A DNA stretch of 20,493 bases from Candidatus Heimdallarchaeota archaeon. GTDB lineage: Archaea > Asgardarchaeota > Heimdallarchaeia > Hodarchaeales > Hodarchaeaceae. Numbering within the stretch: position 1 is the first letter of the stretch; every line of letters starts with the position of its first letter. The position numbers and the translations under genes are program-made. This document shows, piece by piece, positions 17,037-20,493 of the stretch. The notes below the pieces were generated by a model. That model saw nothing but the letters and a program-made list of their open reading frames with translations, did not search any database and had not been told where the DNA came from. The stretch is taken from positions 173,090 to 193,582 of the forward strand of contig CP070695.1 in the NCBI GenBank assembly GCA_020353515.1. The letters run 5' to 3'.

Positions 17037-18830
17037 GTGATCAAAATGGTAGAAACAGAAGAAATTGCTTGGGATCTAACGCTTATCTTCAAATCTGATG
17101 AAGAAATACACCAAACGATTCAAAACGCGCGAAACGAAGCAGAAAAGATTGAAAAGGACTATCGTGGTAAAATAGACTCAACAAAAACAACTGCTAATGA
17201 TATTCTTCATTTACTTGAACTTATGGAAAGTTTACAAGAAAAATCAGAAGGATTATTCTATTATGGACAACTAAAGGTTAGTGCAGACCAAACAAACAAA
17301 GCAGCATTAGAACAACAAAACACTCTGAAAAATTTTCGAATAGAAATCAAGAAAAAAATCGCTTTCGTTGAACTCGAATTGGGGAAGCTATTGGAAGGTA
17401 ATGACGAATTTCTAAGATCACCAATCTTAAAACACTATCACCACTATCTTGAGAAAACTCTTAGAAAACATAAACATACCCTTTCAGAGGTTGAAGAGAA
17501 CCTAATTCTCGAGAAAGACCTGAATGGAGTAATAGCTTGGTCAAATTTTCGTGCAGAGTGGTTAGGAAGCAAGCCATTTGAAACCGTAATCGATAGCAAA
17601 AAGAAAACTTTCTATTGGAGTGAGGCTCAAGGTTTAATGAGATCACCAGATCGAACTAATCGGAAAAATACCATAGTTGCAGTTATGGATGCTTTAAACG
17701 AAGATGGAAACATTTTTTCATCCTCATTACGTAACATCTGTGCGAATCATGTAATGATGGCACGACGTAGAAATTATGATACTATGACTTCTAGTCTCAT
17801 TACCAATGACATCTCACAAGAAATGATTGATAATTTGTACGCAGCAATAGAAGACAACTTAGACATCTTTCATGAGATTCTATTACTGAAAGCTAAAATT
17901 TTAGGCACAGAAAAATTGCTGGGGGAAGATCTGTGGGCACCTATTCCTCGTGAGGGGGAAAAATCTAAGAAAATTACCTGGACAGAGGCAAAAGAAACAG
18001 TTTCCAGAATTTTGTATAATTTCGATGACGAATTTGGTAAGATGGCTGATAAGATGTTTATCGAAAATCATATCGATGCCTCTCCAAGGAAAGGAAAACG
18101 AGGAGGAGCATTTTGTTCTACCAATGAGTATGCAAAAGAGTGTTTTATCCTCCAGTCCTTTAATGAAACGTTTGATGATATAAGTACCTTAGCTCATGAG
18201 ATGGGACACGCTATACACGGTTATCTAACCGTTGAAGCACAAACTCTGATCAATTGGGATATTTCATACTGCATTGCAGAGTGTGCCTCAGAATTTGTCC
18301 GCTTTCTGCTGATAGATAATATGAAAGAAACCGTTACTGATTCACAGAAGCGTGTCATCTTATTCAACCACTTAGAAGATCTAGCGATTTCAATATTCGA
18401 AGTGGGATCACGAACGCAATTTGAGAAAAGTCTATACAGTGCTATTGAAGCAGGGGAATACCTAGACACAGAAAAAATATCAAAATTGTTTCTAAAGTCT
18501 AGAACAGATTACTTTGGAGATGCTATCGAATTTTTACCACAACAGAAGCATGATTGGATGTGGAAACCACATTATTTCAGGATAGATTTACGATTCTACA
18601 ATTATCCTTATGTATTCGCTGAATTAATCGTCCTTGCATTATATAATAAATTTAGAAAGGAAGGGGAATCGTTTAAACCTGAATTCAAGGATTTTCTCGC
18701 GGCTGGATCATCTAAATCACCCCAAGAATTAGTTAAAGATATGGGTATGGATCTTACTAAAAAAGAATTTTGGCAAATGGGATTAGATGAAATGAGAACG
18801 ATCCTAAAAGACGTTAAAAGCTTATTCTGA
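17037..18830 (+). CDS. pepF: Oligoendopeptidase F (peptidase M3B family)
   Basis: N-terminal WDL, GKRGGAFC, zinc motif TLAHEMGHAIH, IAECASEF, PHYF...FYNYPYVF, AGSSKSP. The likely start is ATG 17046. Confidence 0.92.
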   Translation: MIKMVETEEIAWDLTLIFKSDEEIHQTIQNARNEAEKIEKDYRGKIDSTKTTANDILHLLELMESLQEKSEGLFYYGQLKVSADQTNKAALEQQNTLKNFRIEIKKKIAFVELELGKLLEGNDEFLRSPILKHYHHYLEKTLRKHKHTLSEVEENLILEKDLNGVIAWSNFRAEWLGSKPFETVIDSKKKTFYWSEAQGLMRSPDRTNRKNTIVAVMDALNEDGNIFSSSLRNICANHVMMARRRNYDTMTSSLITNDISQEMIDNLYAAIEDNLDIFHEILLLKAKILGTEKLLGEDLWAPIPREGEKSKKITWTEAKETVSRILYNFDDEFGKMADKMFIENHIDASPRKGKRGGAFCSTNEYAKECFILQSFNETFDDISTLAHEMGHAIHGYLTVEAQTLINWDISYCIAECASEFVRFLLIDNMKETVTDSQKRVILFNHLEDLAISIFEVGSRTQFEKSLYSAIEAGEYLDTEKISKLFLKSRTDYFGDAIEFLPQQKHDWMWKPHYFRIDLRFYNYPYVFAELIVLALYNKFRKEGESFKPEFKDFLAAGSSKSPQELVKDMGMDLTKKEFWQMGLDEMRTILKDVKSLF

Positions 18831-18860
18831 TCTCTTTACGATTTTGATATCAACGAATTT

Positions 18861-19301
18861 ATGTATCACATTGATAGAATACATATCAGGATGAATCCCA
18901 ACAAGAAAAAGACTGAAGATGAATGGAAAATAACTCTCACAAAAGAACAATTTTGGATACTCAGAGAAAAGGGTACAGAACGAGCCTTCAGCGGAAAATA
19001 TTGGAACCATTTTGAAGAAGGGGAATATAAGTGTGCTGGCTGTGGAACTCCCTTATTCAAGTCTGAAGAAAAATTTGAATCAAGTTGTGGATGGCCGAGT
19101 TTCTCAAATCCAATCAAAGACACTATTGAGGAAGAGTCAGATACTTCTCATGGAATGATTCGGACGGAAGTGCTATGTTCTGCATGCGGAGGACATTTGG
19201 GACATTTATTTAACGATGGTCCCAAAGAGAAGGGAGGATTACGTTATTGTATCAACTCTGCTGCGATAGAGTTTAATAGTGTGAGTTTCCACAATATATG
19301 A
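18861..19301 (+). CDS. msrB: Peptide-methionine (R)-S-oxide reductase MsrB, zinc-binding type
   Basis: GTERAF, CAGC, SSCGWPSF, RTEVLCSACGGHLGHLF.DGP, RYCINSAA. The likely start is ATG 18891. Confidence 0.95.
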   Translation: MYHIDRIHIRMNPNKKKTEDEWKITLTKEQFWILREKGTERAFSGKYWNHFEEGEYKCAGCGTPLFKSEEKFESSCGWPSFSNPIKDTIEEESDTSHGMIRTEVLCSACGGHLGHLFNDGPKEKGGLRYCINSAAIEFNSVSFHNI

Positions 19302-19506
19302 TAAATTTTTGATCTCAATTTATTCGATGCTATCTGGAACTTATAAACCTTCCAAGTGTTTCTTCTAAAGAATTAGACGAATTGAAATCTCTAATAATAA
19401 CTCAAATTATTCAACTATAGGTACTCAAACACCAATTTGTATTTTATAAGCTGGTTTTCGTCATAATACTGCTCTAAATACAAGAACAGCAACTAAAAAA
19501 ATCTGT

Positions 19507-19908
19507 TTACTTCATGGGAGATTCATTAAAAATCCATTGTTTTACCCATTCTGAAATAGTTGAGAATACTTCATCTAATGCTACTCCAGCCTCAGTCAGA
19601 GAATATTCAACTCTGATTGGAATTTCATTGTAAACTTCTCGAGAAACTAATCCTTGTTTTTCTAAGTTTCTTAACCTTTGAGTTAGAGTTTTAGGGCTAC
19701 CTCCTATTTTTTGTTCTAGTTCAGTAAATCGCATTACTTTATTGATCAAGAGTAAACGAATAATCTTTAATGTAAATTTTTTTCCAAATAGATCAAATAC
19801 AGAATTAATTAAGCATTCTCTGGAACATATATTGTCTTTATGTTTCGCTACACACTGCCAGTTGAGTTTATTTTCTTTATATTGGGTATTGTTCAGTTTT
19901 ATAACCAC
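19507..19908 (-). CDS. HxlR (MarR/DUF24) family winged-helix transcriptional regulator
   Basis: CLINSVFDLFGKKF, MRFTEL, SPKTLTQRLRNLE..GLVSR, PIRVEYSLTEAG. Confidence 0.9.
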   Translation of the reverse strand: MVIKLNNTQYKENKLNWQCVAKHKDNICSRECLINSVFDLFGKKFTLKIIRLLLINKVMRFTELEQKIGGSPKTLTQRLRNLEKQGLVSREVYNEIPIRVEYSLTEAGVALDEVFSTISEWVKQWIFNESPMK

Positions 19909-19923
19909 TTCCTATAGTTGCTT

Positions 19924-19938
19924 TACTTTTAGAAAGTT
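19924..19938. promoter_or_regulatory. Candidate HxlR operator TACTTT-TAG-AAAGTT (ACT-N7-AGT)
   Basis: Inverted repeat ACTTT-N3-AAAGT at 19925-19937, between the regulator start codon and a TTTAAATA box near 19963-19970. Confidence 0.45.
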
Positions 19939-20038
19939 ATTTTCCCACTTTACTCTTTACCATTTAAATACTTCCCTTTATGAAGCCTAAATGCCTTCAA
20001 ACTTTTAAGGAAATTAACCAAATAAAGTGAATGAATTC

Positions 20039-20170
20039 ATGATTAACCAAAAATCTTCAGAAAAGAAATGTAATAAACATGGAGTTCAGGATTCTTACAA
20101 AATTTGTTGTCCTGAAGAGCAACGAAAGAAATGTCATGGAAAAAAAACGAAAGGTCTAACCAAGTTATAG
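20039..20170 (+). CDS. Small basic Cys/His-rich protein (43 aa), not in the ORF track
   Basis: Hand translation: MINQKSSEKKCNKHGVQDSYKICCPEEQRKKCHGKKTKGLTKL*. In-frame GTG at 20027, TTTTAA at 20003-20008, ends 12 nt before the ABC ATPase. Confidence 0.55.
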   Translation: MINQKSSEKKCNKHGVQDSYKICCPEEQRKKCHGKKTKGLTKL

Positions 20171-20182
20171 GAAGAAGATGTA

Positions 20183-20493
20183 ATGACGAGAACAACAGCA
20201 ATTATAGTAGATAATTTATCAAAAAGCTTTGATAATATACCTGCAGTAGATCATATCAGTTTTCTCGTTAATAGAGGGGAAATTTTTGGCTTTCTTGGAC
20301 CTAATGGAGCAGGAAAGACTACATCGATCCGAATGTTAACTGGTGTTTTAAGACCAACCAGTGGTTCCGTTAATATTTTTGGAATCGATGTTTGGGAAAA
20401 CTTACTTACTATCAAACAGATCATTGGTAATGTTCCTGAAATGGCTAATGTCTATATGGACTTAAGTGCCTGGGATAATTTAGAATTGACAGG
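20183..20493 (+). CDS. ABC-2 type (DrrA/CcmA-like) exporter ATP-binding protein, truncated by the window end
   Basis: Hand translation: MTRTTAIIVDNLSKSFDNIPAVDHISFLVNRGEIFGFLGPNGAGKTTSIRMLTGVLRPTSG...IGNVPE...LSAWDNL. Walker A present; the frame is open to the end. Confidence 0.9.
   Translation, partial: MTRTTAIIVDNLSKSFDNIPAVDHISFLVNRGEIFGFLGPNGAGKTTSIRMLTGVLRPTSGSVNIFGIDVWENLLTIKQIIGNVPEMANVYMDLSAWDNLELT

Noticed and set aside
19302-19506. 205-bp gap between convergent msrB and the HxlR gene as a possible ncRNA or pseudogene
   Set aside because: AT-rich, with no convincing stem, ORF or homology visible. Only T-rich terminator-like tracts.
14276-19990. Short ORFs at 14276, 17461, 17950, 18221, 18822, 18866 and 19742
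   Set aside because: They overlap confidently assigned genes in other frames or on the other strand.

Overview
AT-rich archaeal-looking window. It is most likely from an Asgard archaeon (inference from a longin/uDENN-like gene, a PGY-type C-terminal sorting signal, GGTGA/GGAG ribosome-binding sites, TATA-like boxes and oligo-T terminators). Left to right: a long-chain acyl-CoA ligase, divergent from a five-gene LIV-type ABC importer with unusually enlarged permeases; a probable operon of N-acyl-D-amino acid deacylase, HisC-like aminotransferase and crotonase-family enzyme; an alpha/beta hydrolase; a lipoprotein with two tandem sulfite-oxidase-like domains; a 204-aa orphan; low-specificity threonine aldolase; a NimA-like flavin-binding protein; oligoendopeptidase F; MsrB; an HxlR regulator; a 43-aa Cys/His-rich ORF missing from the ORF track; and the 5' part of an ABC-2 type ATPase. 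The best lead is the orphan at 14706..15320. It resembles the longin (uDENN) domain of eukaryotic FLCN/SMCR8, including the D-x3-R-G-x2-R arginine-finger motif, and carries a basic helix-extension-helix-like tail. I saw no RNA genes, CRISPR arrays or mobile elements. All calls come from motif recognition by eye; no searches were run.
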